Positions 45,507-54,513 of a stretch of DNA of 64,000 nt are shown piece by piece. Source of the stretch: an uncultured Bacteroidales bacterium (lineage in GTDB: Bacteria > Bacteroidota > Bacteroidia > Bacteroidales > Paludibacteraceae); NCBI GenBank assembly GCA_903911085.1, contig CAIWCC010000269.1, forward strand, positions 41,149 through 105,148. Reading direction: 5' to 3'. The notes beneath the pieces are model-generated. The model had not been told where the DNA came from, searched no databases, and was given only the letters and a program-made list of their open reading frames with translations. Position 1 is the first letter of the stretch; every line of letters begins with the position of its first letter. The translations under genes and the position numbers were made by a program.

Positions 45507-47951
45507 TTATTCCATACCGTCCATGTTCATATCCGAAGATCCTTCTTTTTTCTTCATTTCAGATTGTTTTGGTTTCATATTGCCAAAATTATAACTTACT
45601 GTAAAACCTATCATGCGTCTGTGAAAATATGATTCATCTTTTTGATAGAAACCTGTTCCCCAAGTGATTGTTCTCTCTGTGTTAAAGTTGAAAATGTCTG
45701 TGGCCATGATACTTAAGCTCAGCTTGCGGTCGAAAAAAGTTTTGCGTAGTCCTAAATCAACTTGATATTCAGCACTTTCTGTTCCTTGTGCAATAAGAGT
45801 AGGAGCGGAGTATTCACCAGTTATTTGGCCCGACAATGTTTTACTCAACATGAAGTTAGCAATTACATTTGCACTCCACGAGAAAGTGCTTTGCGCAGGA
45901 ATAGTAGTTGTGGCAGATGTGTATCTATCTGCATATACCGACGAATCCATTTGGCTATAATACAAATTCAAAGTAGAAGTTAGGTTTAAAATTGAGAACA
46001 ATCTATTTTTTGCAACTAGCTCTACCCCCGAATTTTTCATTCTCGCAATATTCATATAGGTGCTTTCCATTGTTACGCCATTCATGAACTGAACGTTCTC
46101 TATTACGTTATCTGTGAATCTATAATAAGCCGATGCTGAAAGGGAGTGGTTCTCCCATGTTTTCATATAATTGAATTCCAAAGCAGATGAATATTCGGGC
46201 AATAAGTTTGGATTTCCGTAAACAATTTTTGTTGAGTCGGAAAAATCGCGAAATGGGTTAAGTTGTCGACCTCTTGGACGATTTACTCTGCGTGTGAAAT
46301 TCAGTTGCAATTCATCCGATTTCGACAATGTATAAGCTAAGTATAAACTTGGGAAAAATTGAATTGTAGCTTTAGGTTCAATAGTTTGCGTTGCCAAATC
46401 CGTTATATCCGTAAATTTTTTGTCCATATATTCAGCTCTTAAACCTCCTTGAATGCTAAGTTTATCAATAAATCTATCGCCGTAAGTTAGGTATGCAGCA
46501 TGAATCATTTCATTATAATCAAATTTATCTTTATAAGTCGAAATTTCAGCATTGGTTTGTGTGTAAAAACCATAAGCATCAGTAATTCTATTGTTTAATG
46601 TACTTTGCCAACCTGCTTCTAAACGACTTGTTTCGCTGAATTTATTAGTATAATCAGTTTTAAACACAAGCTCTTTGTTATTATTCACCGAACTTTGAGT
46701 GATGTCGTTAATTGGTGTTGGTAAATAGCTTTGTTCGAACTTGTTATCACTACCACGTTTGTGTTCGGAATACGCAAGACTTGACAAAATGTTATGAGTG
46801 CCTTTTTTGTTGAAATCGTGGCGGTAGTCAAGATTTACGTTTAAACTTGGACGAGTGCCAGTGCCAGTGTTAATTCGTGTGTAATCACGAAGTGTAGAAT
46901 GTATAACTTCATTGGTGAGTAAATAGTCAATTGTACTTTTGGAGTCGCCGTAGCCCGACATTCCAAAACCACCTATACTGAGTGAGTTTTTGTCATCGAA
47001 ATGATAATCGACGCCTGCACGTAAAAATAATCCGCCGAACGATACATCTCTATTCGTTTTTTGACTCAATAACGTGGTGTCAACTCCTTTGTAGTTGAAT
47101 CTTTGGAAATTTCCACCACCATTGAAACTCATTGCTCGGTAACCAATATTCAAATAAGCATCTATTTTGCTACTACTATAATTAATATTTGCGCCAACAT
47201 TTGGTCCTACTTTTCCACCAGTAGGATACATCACCCCAGCTGATAAGCTTCCATAATAACCTGCTTTTCTATTCTTTTTCATTACTAGATTGATTATTCC
47301 GGCAGTTCCTTCAGGATTGAATTTAGCCGACGGATTAGTCATAATCTCAATTGATTCAATGCTTTCGGCAGGCATTTGTTGTAATACTTGTGCACGATTG
47401 TCGGCAGTTAATCCTGATGGTTTTCCATTAATCCAGACTTCAACATTTGCATCTTTGCGGAGCGATACATTACCTTCATTATCAACTTTTACCGACGGAA
47501 TATTCTTCAAAACATCTGATGCAGAACCACCTGCTGCGGCAATATTCTGATCTACACTAAAGATTTTTTTGTCTATATCAAAACGCATTTGAGAGCCTTG
47601 CCCAACAATTTCTACATTACCTAACTGTTTACTGTCTTCAAATAGTTTTATAGTACCAATATTAATTGTTTTGTTGTCGATGTTAAGTTTCTGATTATAT
47701 GGTTTGTATCCAATGTAACTTACGCGAATATCAAATTTTCCATTAGCAACAGACTGAAATTTAAATTCTCCGTTTTTATTGGTAGAAACACCTGCAACAG
47801 GATTGTTGTCGCCTTGAACAAATAAGGTAACATTTACAAAATCGAGCGGTAATTGAGTGTTTGCATCAATAATTTTTCCATCTACGCTTACAGCAGCCAA
47901 TAATGACAAAGAAAAGGAAAGAAAAATAATAAAGGAAAGAATTTTTTTCAT
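45507..47951 (-). CDS. TonB-dependent receptor-like outer-membrane beta-barrel protein (CarboxypepD_reg + plug + barrel)
   Basis: Signal peptide. VDGKIIDANTQLPLDFVNVTLF...GKFDIRVSYIGYKP. Plug-like IESIEIMTNPSAKFNPEGTAGIINLVMKK. Long alternating beta-strand pattern. No SusD partner. Confidence 0.75.
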   Translation of the reverse strand: MKKILSFIIFLSFSLSLLAAVSVDGKIIDANTQLPLDFVNVTLFVQGDNNPVAGVSTNKNGEFKFQSVANGKFDIRVSYIGYKPYNQKLNIDNKTINIGTIKLFEDSKQLGNVEIVGQGSQMRFDIDKKIFSVDQNIAAAGGSASDVLKNIPSVKVDNEGNVSLRKDANVEVWINGKPSGLTADNRAQVLQQMPAESIESIEIMTNPSAKFNPEGTAGIINLVMKKNRKAGYYGSLSAGVMYPTGGKVGPNVGANINYSSSKIDAYLNIGYRAMSFNGGGNFQRFNYKGVDTTLLSQKTNRDVSFGGLFLRAGVDYHFDDKNSLSIGGFGMSGYGDSKSTIDYLLTNEVIHSTLRDYTRINTGTGTRPSLNVNLDYRHDFNKKGTHNILSSLAYSEHKRGSDNKFEQSYLPTPINDITQSSVNNNKELVFKTDYTNKFSETSRLEAGWQSTLNNRITDAYGFYTQTNAEISTYKDKFDYNEMIHAAYLTYGDRFIDKLSIQGGLRAEYMDKKFTDITDLATQTIEPKATIQFFPSLYLAYTLSKSDELQLNFTRRVNRPRGRQLNPFRDFSDSTKIVYGNPNLLPEYSSALEFNYMKTWENHSLSASAYYRFTDNVIENVQFMNGVTMESTYMNIARMKNSGVELVAKNRLFSILNLTSTLNLYYSQMDSSVYADRYTSATTTIPAQSTFSWSANVIANFMLSKTLSGQITGEYSAPTLIAQGTESAEYQVDLGLRKTFFDRKLSLSIMATDIFNFNTERTITWGTGFYQKDESYFHRRMIGFTVSYNFGNMKPKQSEMKKKEGSSDMNMDGME

Positions 47952-48103
47952 GATAGAATGTTCATTTTGAAGAATTAACCCCTAAACAAAATGTGTTTAG
48001 AAATAAAAAGTGAAATATGCTTGCATGATTTTACATACAGGTTTGATTTGACTTGAAGCCAATTAAATAGTTTAATTATGTAGAGGATGTTTGTTTTTAT
48101 TAT

Positions 48104-48135
48104 AAAAAAAGGCGTTAATATTAACGCCTTTTTTT
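48104..48135 (-). terminator. Rho-independent (bidirectional) terminator after pyk
   Basis: Perfect 18-nt palindrome GGCGTTAATATTAACGCC (48111-48128), flanked by A7 and T7 runs. Confidence 0.7.
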
Positions 48136-48152
48136 ACAATAAACTTTTTTGC

Positions 48153-49595
48153 TTAAAAATTAGGCAAAAGATATTTTTCTCTCGATTCAAGAATTTTGCT
48201 AACACGATTTACTTCTAAGAAGGTGGTTCCAAATCCTGAACCAAAACTGCCGCTTAGAAAACTTACAAAATCATTTGGTTGAATCATTCCTTGTTTGATA
48301 AATTCTTGTAAACCAGCTATAAAGTATTTCTGAGTATTGTCTTTTTCTTCTTGGAAAACAGGAAATACACCATAAGATAAAGCCAATTCACGAGTTGAGC
48401 GTTCGTGATAACACAGTGCCAAAATAGGGTTTGTGCTTCGATATGCTGATAAATGAAGTGCAGTTTTTCCGCTAAAAGTATCAGTTATAATTGCCTTAGT
48501 ACCTACTTTAATACTTGCTTCGTTTGCTGCATTGGCCAAGAATGAAGTTAAATCATTTGTGCCAATATTTACGGGAATATCATTTTCAATCAATTTTGTT
48601 TTTTCAGCTTCTTTAGCCACTTTAGCCATTGTACGTACCGATTCGATTGGGTATTTACCATAAGCAGTTTCACCACTTAACATTACAGCATCGGTGCGAT
48701 AGTAGATTGCGTTCGCAATGTCTGTTATTTCGGCACGCGTTGGACGTGGGTTTTTAATCATCGAGTGAAGCATTTGAGTAGCTACAATAACTGGTTTGCG
48801 AGCCACAACACATTTACGAATCAATCGACGTTGAATGCCTGGAATTTTTTCTTGAGCTACTTCTATTCCTAAATCGCCACGGGCAATCATTACTCCATAA
48901 GTGTGTTCAAGAATTTCGTCGATATTATCCACACCTTCTTGATTTTCAATTTTTGAGATAATCTTAATAGGGCTATTGTGCTCGTCAAGAATGGCCTGAA
49001 TATCCATCAAATCATGTTTGTTGCGTACAAATGAGTGCGCAATAAAATCGATATCATTTTCGATGGCAAACAAAATGTTTTTGCGATCTTTTTCAGTCAA
49101 TGAAGGCAAATTGATTCGAACGCCTGGTGTATTTACACTTTTGCGACTTCCCAAAACTCCATCGTTTAATACTTGACAATACAAGAAATCGGCATCTTTC
49201 GACTCTACAACCAAGTCAATCTCACCATCATCAAAAAGAATGTTATCACCCACATTCAAATCTCTTACAAAATGTGGATAATTTACTGCAATACATTCTT
49301 TGTTTGAAATCAAATCATTATTTCCACAAACTTTTATTAAATCACCAGTTTTAAGCTCAATTGAATCATTTTCTACAACGGTAGTTCTAACTTCTGGACC
49401 TTTGGTATCCATCAGAATAGCAATATTTTTACTTACAGCGCGCACGTTGTTAATAATTTTGGTAAATCCTTCGGCTTGTAGATGTGCGGAGTTCATTCTA
49501 ACAACGTTCATACCTTCGGCATACATTTCTCTTAGAAAATCCACTTCACAGCGCAGGTCGCTAATCGTTGCGACAATTTTTGTTGACTTAGACAT
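48153..49595 (-). CDS. pyk: Pyruvate kinase
   Basis: ORF 48153-49640. ATG 49595 is preferred (MSKSTKIVATISD). Canonical motifs: NVVRMNSAHL, ILMDTKGPEVRT, MIARGDLGIEV, ATQMLHSM. Confidence 0.9.
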   Translation of the reverse strand: MSKSTKIVATISDLRCEVDFLREMYAEGMNVVRMNSAHLQAEGFTKIINNVRAVSKNIAILMDTKGPEVRTTVVENDSIELKTGDLIKVCGNNDLISNKECIAVNYPHFVRDLNVGDNILFDDGEIDLVVESKDADFLYCQVLNDGVLGSRKSVNTPGVRINLPSLTEKDRKNILFAIENDIDFIAHSFVRNKHDLMDIQAILDEHNSPIKIISKIENQEGVDNIDEILEHTYGVMIARGDLGIEVAQEKIPGIQRRLIRKCVVARKPVIVATQMLHSMIKNPRPTRAEITDIANAIYYRTDAVMLSGETAYGKYPIESVRTMAKVAKEAEKTKLIENDIPVNIGTNDLTSFLANAANEASIKVGTKAIITDTFSGKTALHLSAYRSTNPILALCYHERSTRELALSYGVFPVFQEEKDNTQKYFIAGLQEFIKQGMIQPNDFVSFLSGSFGSGFGTTFLEVNRVSKILESREKYLLPNF

Positions 49596-49695
49596 ACAAT
49601 CTTTTTTTTTGATTTTATTATTCCTTCTTAAGCTAAACATCTTAAGAAGGACTGATTTAAAAAAACTAATATTTAATACTTATTTTTATCTTTCA

Positions 49696-50121
49696 TTAAT
49701 TATTATTTAATATGGAATCAATTGCCAATCGGTAAGAATCCAATCCAAAACCAACAATACATCCTTTGCAAGCTTCTGATAAAAATGAATGATGTCGAAA
49801 ATTTTCTCTCTTAAAAACATTGGAAATGTGAACTTCAATAACAGGAACTGAAATAGACCTAATGGCATCGGCAATAGCTATTGATGTGTGGGTATAAGCT
49901 CCAGCATTTAAAATAATTCCATCGTACGTAAATCCAATTTCGTGTAATTTATCAATAAGCAATCCTTCTGTATTTGATTGAAAATAATCAAGTTTAACAT
50001 CCGGAAATTTGGCTTTTAATTCCAAAAAATAATCTTCAAAAGTTTGATTACCATACACTGTTGGCTCGCGTTTGCCCAGTAAATTCAAATTGGGTCCATT
50101 AATAATCTGAATTTGTTTCAT
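49696..50121 (-). CDS. aroQ: Type II 3-dehydroquinate dehydratase
   Basis: 141 aa. IQIINGPNLNLLGKREPTVYG, NAGAYTHTSIAIADA, VIEVHISNV. Confidence 0.9.
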   Translation of the reverse strand: MKQIQIINGPNLNLLGKREPTVYGNQTFEDYFLELKAKFPDVKLDYFQSNTEGLLIDKLHEIGFTYDGIILNAGAYTHTSIAIADAIRSISVPVIEVHISNVFKRENFRHHSFLSEACKGCIVGFGLDSYRLAIDSILNNN

Positions 50122-50399
50122 GATTTTTGCTTTTTTTTGCTGATATTATTACGAATAGTAATGATAAGGATGTAAACAGAGGGTATTAAACAAATAAAAT
50201 TGGCAAGAATCATTGGTAAGTCAGGAATTAACACTCCATATAAAAACCAAAATAATATTCCAAATGTCATTATTGTATACATTCCCACAGAAATGCTATG
50301 AGTTTCGCCTGTTTTAATTACTTTATAGGCCTGTGGAAATTGCGCTACTGCAGTGCAAAAGCCTGCTATATAGCCAATTATTTTTATGTCAAATACCAT
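50118..50399 (-). CDS. SemiSWEET/PQ-loop small membrane transporter
   Basis: The ORF track start at 50417 is TTG; ATG 50399 is preferred. About 93 aa with three TM helices and the PQ motif AQFPQAYKVIKTG. The stop overlaps the aroQ start (ATGA, 50118-50121). Confidence 0.7.
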   Translation of the reverse strand: MVFDIKIIGYIAGFCTAVAQFPQAYKVIKTGETHSISVGMYTIMTFGILFWFLYGVLIPDLPMILANFICLIPSVYILIITIRNNISKKKQKS

Positions 50400-50865
50400 T
50401 GAGAAAATTTTGTGCAAAAGTAGTAAAAAAAAGTGAACTGAACAAAATTCTTAAAAACGCCGATGTCAGCTTGAATTGAAATTTTGTATGATTAAATAAT
50501 TACCTACTTAGGAAAAAACAAATAGATTTGTATTTTTTACATGATTAAAAGATATATGAGACTGATGATAATGTCAAACATATTAACATAATTATGATAG
50601 TTATATGAAAATAATTCATATATTTGCAGTCTAATTTTTACATATTTGTTTTATAACTATGCATTTATCAAGTTTGTGATTCACTGGATAAAATTCTCAG
50701 ATTGATTAATTTAAAGTTAATTCGTTTAAGAACAGAGTCTTTTAGAACAAAATGAATAATTGTTTGTTTAATTTAAATTAGTTTCTCTTTATAATGATAT
50801 TAATCCTTTCATATATTTTTATTTTTTAATCAAAGCAAATTATTTACTTAAAAAATTAAACGGTC

Positions 50866-53800
50866 ATGAGAAAAATTACTTTATTATTTATTGCCATTAT
50901 TATGGCAAGTTCTTTTGCAAATGCTATAACCGGGGGCACTACAGGTTGGTACGACGATTATTTATCAATTAACGCAAATGGCTCTGGAGCAACATCATAT
51001 TGGATTGGAACTTCAGGGACAGGAACAGCACTTCAAGGTGTGAACTTTGGAAGTGTTAGTAGTTTAACTATTAATGGTTGCGATATGAAATATTGGAGCA
51101 GTAACCAAGAGAGAACAGGCGGCTCATTTTTTTACAAAATTATGTCTGCTAATGGAGCAACACAAATAGTAGCACCCGTTGAAACTATTTGGGATCAAGC
51201 AAAACTTCCTGCAGCCAATGATTATCAAGGAACAAAAGCCACTACTATAAATTTGTTAACAGGTTTAATGCCTGGTACCACTTACGAATTACATGTTTGG
51301 GCTAAACACTGGGGATCTGCACTTGGCGATAACTATCTTTCAAACTCAAATGGAAATTATAGGGCAACTTTTACCACACCTGCCGTTATGGTTACTGGTG
51401 CAAATGGTATTGCTAATGGCACTTTTTACGCTACATTAAAGGATGCTTTTGATGCAATTAATTTACAAACTGATCAAACCGGAAAAGATATTGAAATTCT
51501 AATTGGTGCTAGCACTACTGAAACTGCTTCAGCTATTCTTAACCAACCATCAGTGGCAAGCTGGAATTCCCTTAAAATTTATCCCACTAATGCTGGAGTT
51601 ACAGTAAGTGGCAATTTTGCAAATGCTTTGATTGATTTGAATGGTGCTGACAAAGTAACTATTACCGGTAAACTTAATAAAACTGGTACACCTAAATCAT
51701 TAACTTTTATGCAACAAGAGGCAACAAATTCTTTGTCAAGCACTATAAGACTAATAAACGATGCTAAAAATGACACTATTTCGTATTGTACTCTTAAAGG
51801 ATCTGTTCAATCATCTAGTTCTGTCGGTGGTATTGTATATTTCGCTACGGCATTAACAACAACGGGTACAGGAAACAGCGACAATGTTATTTCCTATAAT
51901 GACTTCACCAGAGCTGGCACGGTTAGTCCATTAAATGCAGTTTATTCAAATGGTACAAGTGCAGCTGTATTTAATTCTAAAAACACAATTGATAATAATA
52001 ATTTCTTTGGTTTATATGATGGTTTAAGTAGTCAGTATGGAGTAAAATTAGGAATAAATAATGCAGAATTTACAATTACAAATAATAGTTTTTACGAGCC
52101 AAATGAAGTAGTTCCAACAGGTACTGGTAATTACTACTCAATAAATATTGGAGCTGGTGGTCCAGGTGAAAAGTTTAATATCTCAAATAATTATATTGGT
52201 GGCAGTGAGCCCAAATGTGCTGGTTTGCCTTTTAGAAAAACAAATGCAAATTCAAATATATTTATAGGGTTATTTGTTTCAGTTTCTTCAACAGCATTAA
52301 ATAATTTCAGTGACATACAAGGAAATCATATTCAGAATATCAATTGGAAAAACAGTGCTACCAAAAAAGATTTTACCGGGATACAATCATTTGGTGGTAA
52401 CATGTATATTGGTACTACTACAGCTAATAATATTAGTGATATTGTACTTGAAAATGGTGCTATTAGTGCCTCAATTTTCTATGGTATATATGTTCAAAAT
52501 TCAACAGGATCATATACAGTACAAAACAATACCATTTCAAACATAACTATTAACAATCCAGATGGAGCTAATGGCACTAGTTTTTATGGTCTTTATAAAT
52601 CCAATTCCGCTGGTGAAGTTAACTTTAGCGATAATATAATTGGTGGTGCAACTGCCAATAGTATTAATGTAACAGGAACAAGTACTGCTAATACACAAAT
52701 AGTTGCAGGTGTTTATATGTTAACAGGAAATAATACTTCTAAAGTTACTATTTCTGGAAATACAATTCGGAATTTGAATAACAGTTCAAATAGAACTGAT
52801 GTGTTAAACTCAACCTATGGTGTTTTTTGTAGCACTGCTAATTTAAATGGAAGTATAAATAATAATAAAATTTATGGTCTTACAGCATCGAATACTACCT
52901 TGCCAGCACGTGTAATTGGTGTAAATATGGATGTAACTTCCACTTCTACTGCCATGAATTGTTATAACAATTTTATTTCATTAGGCAATTCAAATCCAGG
53001 AATTGTATATGGAATTTTACAAAATACAGGATTAGGAAAAGTTTACAACAACACTGTTTTATTAGCAGGTACTGTAACAACAGGTGCTTTTGAAAGTGCA
53101 GCTTTAAGAGGTTCTGCGGGAACAACAGCGGGAAGAGATTATAAAAATAATATTTGTTATAATACTCGATCAAATAATGGAGCTACAGGAACTCATTATG
53201 CTGTTAAAATAGAACAACTTACTGGTTTGACAATTGATGCAAATAATTATTATGTTTCAGGTACTGGTGGCGTTCTTGGTAATTTAACCACAGATTGTAG
53301 CACACTAGCTTCTTGGAAGATTGCAACTAGTCAAGATGTGAATTCAAAATCTAAAGATGTTGAATTTGTAAGCACAACAGATTTAAGTCTTACAGGCACC
53401 TCAATAAACGATGCGGAATTAGGTGTAGCTCGTTTAACCGGAGTTGTTGATAAGGATATTTCTGGCACAACTTCGCGTGCTGGTACAACTTATATGGGTG
53501 CTCACGAAGCAAGTGATTTAACTATACCTGCTCCAACAAAAACATTTACTGTTACTGTACCAAGCGGAACTTCAAAGGTTTATATTGCAGGAACATTTAC
53601 AGGTAAGAAATGGAATATCACTACTCCACATGAACTTACAGCTACTTCAAATCCAAATGAGTTTACGGGAACATTTGCTTGTACTAACGATGTAACATAT
53701 AAATATTTGTGTGATACAGGCGACTTTGCTTATCAAGCTGCTGTATCTGCAGGTGGAGCTGCTGAAGCAAATCGTACATATAATGCTGCAGACCCAGCGG

Positions 53801-54333
53801 TAGTGGCTTGGTTGAACATGAAAACTGTTACACTTAATGTTAGTTTTGCAACAGGTGTACCAACAAAATTATTTGTGAAAGGTAGTTGGGATAATTTTGC
53901 AGCACCAATTGAATTGACAAAAACTGACAATACTTTCTCAACAACTTTAAGTGGTTTACTTGCTAATAAAATTCCTAGCAATACTCAGTATAAGTATTAT
54001 ACAAATGATGAGATTGCTGATAATTGGGAATCGAATGCCGATAACTCACTTAGAAATAATCGTTGGAGCATTTTCCCAGTAATGAATGATGAAATAGCTC
54101 GCTTTACTACAGCAATTGTTTCTGGTGTTAAAAATTCTGTGGCTAATGTTCGTATTATGCCTACGGCATCAGGTATTGATGTGTTACTTAATGGACAATC
54201 AACTGTCGAATTGTTAAATGTGAATGGTGTTTTAATTGAGAAAACTGTTGCTAACGGTTTTTATTCACGCAAACTTGATCATGGCGTTTATATTATTCGA
54301 ATAGATGGTAAAGCAACTAAGTTTGTAAAATAA
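50866..54333 (+). CDS. Large T9SS cargo protein: right-handed beta-helix-like repeat region + two beta-sandwich modules + T9SS C-terminal domain
   Basis: Signal peptide. Hundreds of residues of N/G/T-rich ~22-25-aa periodic segments (NNNFFG, ITNNSFY, ISNNYIGG, IQGNHIQNI, VQNNTISNI, ISGNTIRNL, INNNKIYGL, CYNNFISLG, VYNNTVLLAG) are typical of parallel beta-helix/pectate-lyase-fold repeats. C-terminus VELLNVNGVLIEKTV...GVYIIRIDGKATKFVK. Confidence 0.7.
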   Translation: MRKITLLFIAIIMASSFANAITGGTTGWYDDYLSINANGSGATSYWIGTSGTGTALQGVNFGSVSSLTINGCDMKYWSSNQERTGGSFFYKIMSANGATQIVAPVETIWDQAKLPAANDYQGTKATTINLLTGLMPGTTYELHVWAKHWGSALGDNYLSNSNGNYRATFTTPAVMVTGANGIANGTFYATLKDAFDAINLQTDQTGKDIEILIGASTTETASAILNQPSVASWNSLKIYPTNAGVTVSGNFANALIDLNGADKVTITGKLNKTGTPKSLTFMQQEATNSLSSTIRLINDAKNDTISYCTLKGSVQSSSSVGGIVYFATALTTTGTGNSDNVISYNDFTRAGTVSPLNAVYSNGTSAAVFNSKNTIDNNNFFGLYDGLSSQYGVKLGINNAEFTITNNSFYEPNEVVPTGTGNYYSINIGAGGPGEKFNISNNYIGGSEPKCAGLPFRKTNANSNIFIGLFVSVSSTALNNFSDIQGNHIQNINWKNSATKKDFTGIQSFGGNMYIGTTTANNISDIVLENGAISASIFYGIYVQNSTGSYTVQNNTISNITINNPDGANGTSFYGLYKSNSAGEVNFSDNIIGGATANSINVTGTSTANTQIVAGVYMLTGNNTSKVTISGNTIRNLNNSSNRTDVLNSTYGVFCSTANLNGSINNNKIYGLTASNTTLPARVIGVNMDVTSTSTAMNCYNNFISLGNSNPGIVYGILQNTGLGKVYNNTVLLAGTVTTGAFESAALRGSAGTTAGRDYKNNICYNTRSNNGATGTHYAVKIEQLTGLTIDANNYYVSGTGGVLGNLTTDCSTLASWKIATSQDVNSKSKDVEFVSTTDLSLTGTSINDAELGVARLTGVVDKDISGTTSRAGTTYMGAHEASDLTIPAPTKTFTVTVPSGTSKVYIAGTFTGKKWNITTPHELTATSNPNEFTGTFACTNDVTYKYLCDTGDFAYQAAVSAGGAAEANRTYNAADPAVVAWLNMKTVTLNVSFATGVPTKLFVKGSWDNFAAPIELTKTDNTFSTTLSGLLANKIPSNTQYKYYTNDEIADNWESNADNSLRNNRWSIFPVMNDEIARFTTAIVSGVKNSVANVRIMPTASGIDVLLNGQSTVELLNVNGVLIEKTVANGFYSRKLDHGVYIIRIDGKATKFVK

Positions 54334-54394
54334 CAACTCGCTCCAACCTTTTTTTCAATTAAAGGTTATAAAAGTAATGAGGAATATTCTTTAG

Positions 54395-54430
54395 CAACCG
54401 TCTTTCTTTATTTTTGAAAGACGGTTGTTA
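54395..54430 (+). terminator. Putative rho-independent terminator
   Basis: CAACCGTCTTTC (54395-54406) pairs with GAAAGACGGTTG (54416-54427), with a 9-nt T-rich loop. Lies 62 nt after the stop at 54333. Confidence 0.55.
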
Positions 54431-54513
54431 TTACTTAATTTTCACGATTGTAAAGATATAATATTAGATAACTTATTTCAATTCATAAATTGAATTCACA
54501 ATTTCTGTTCAAT

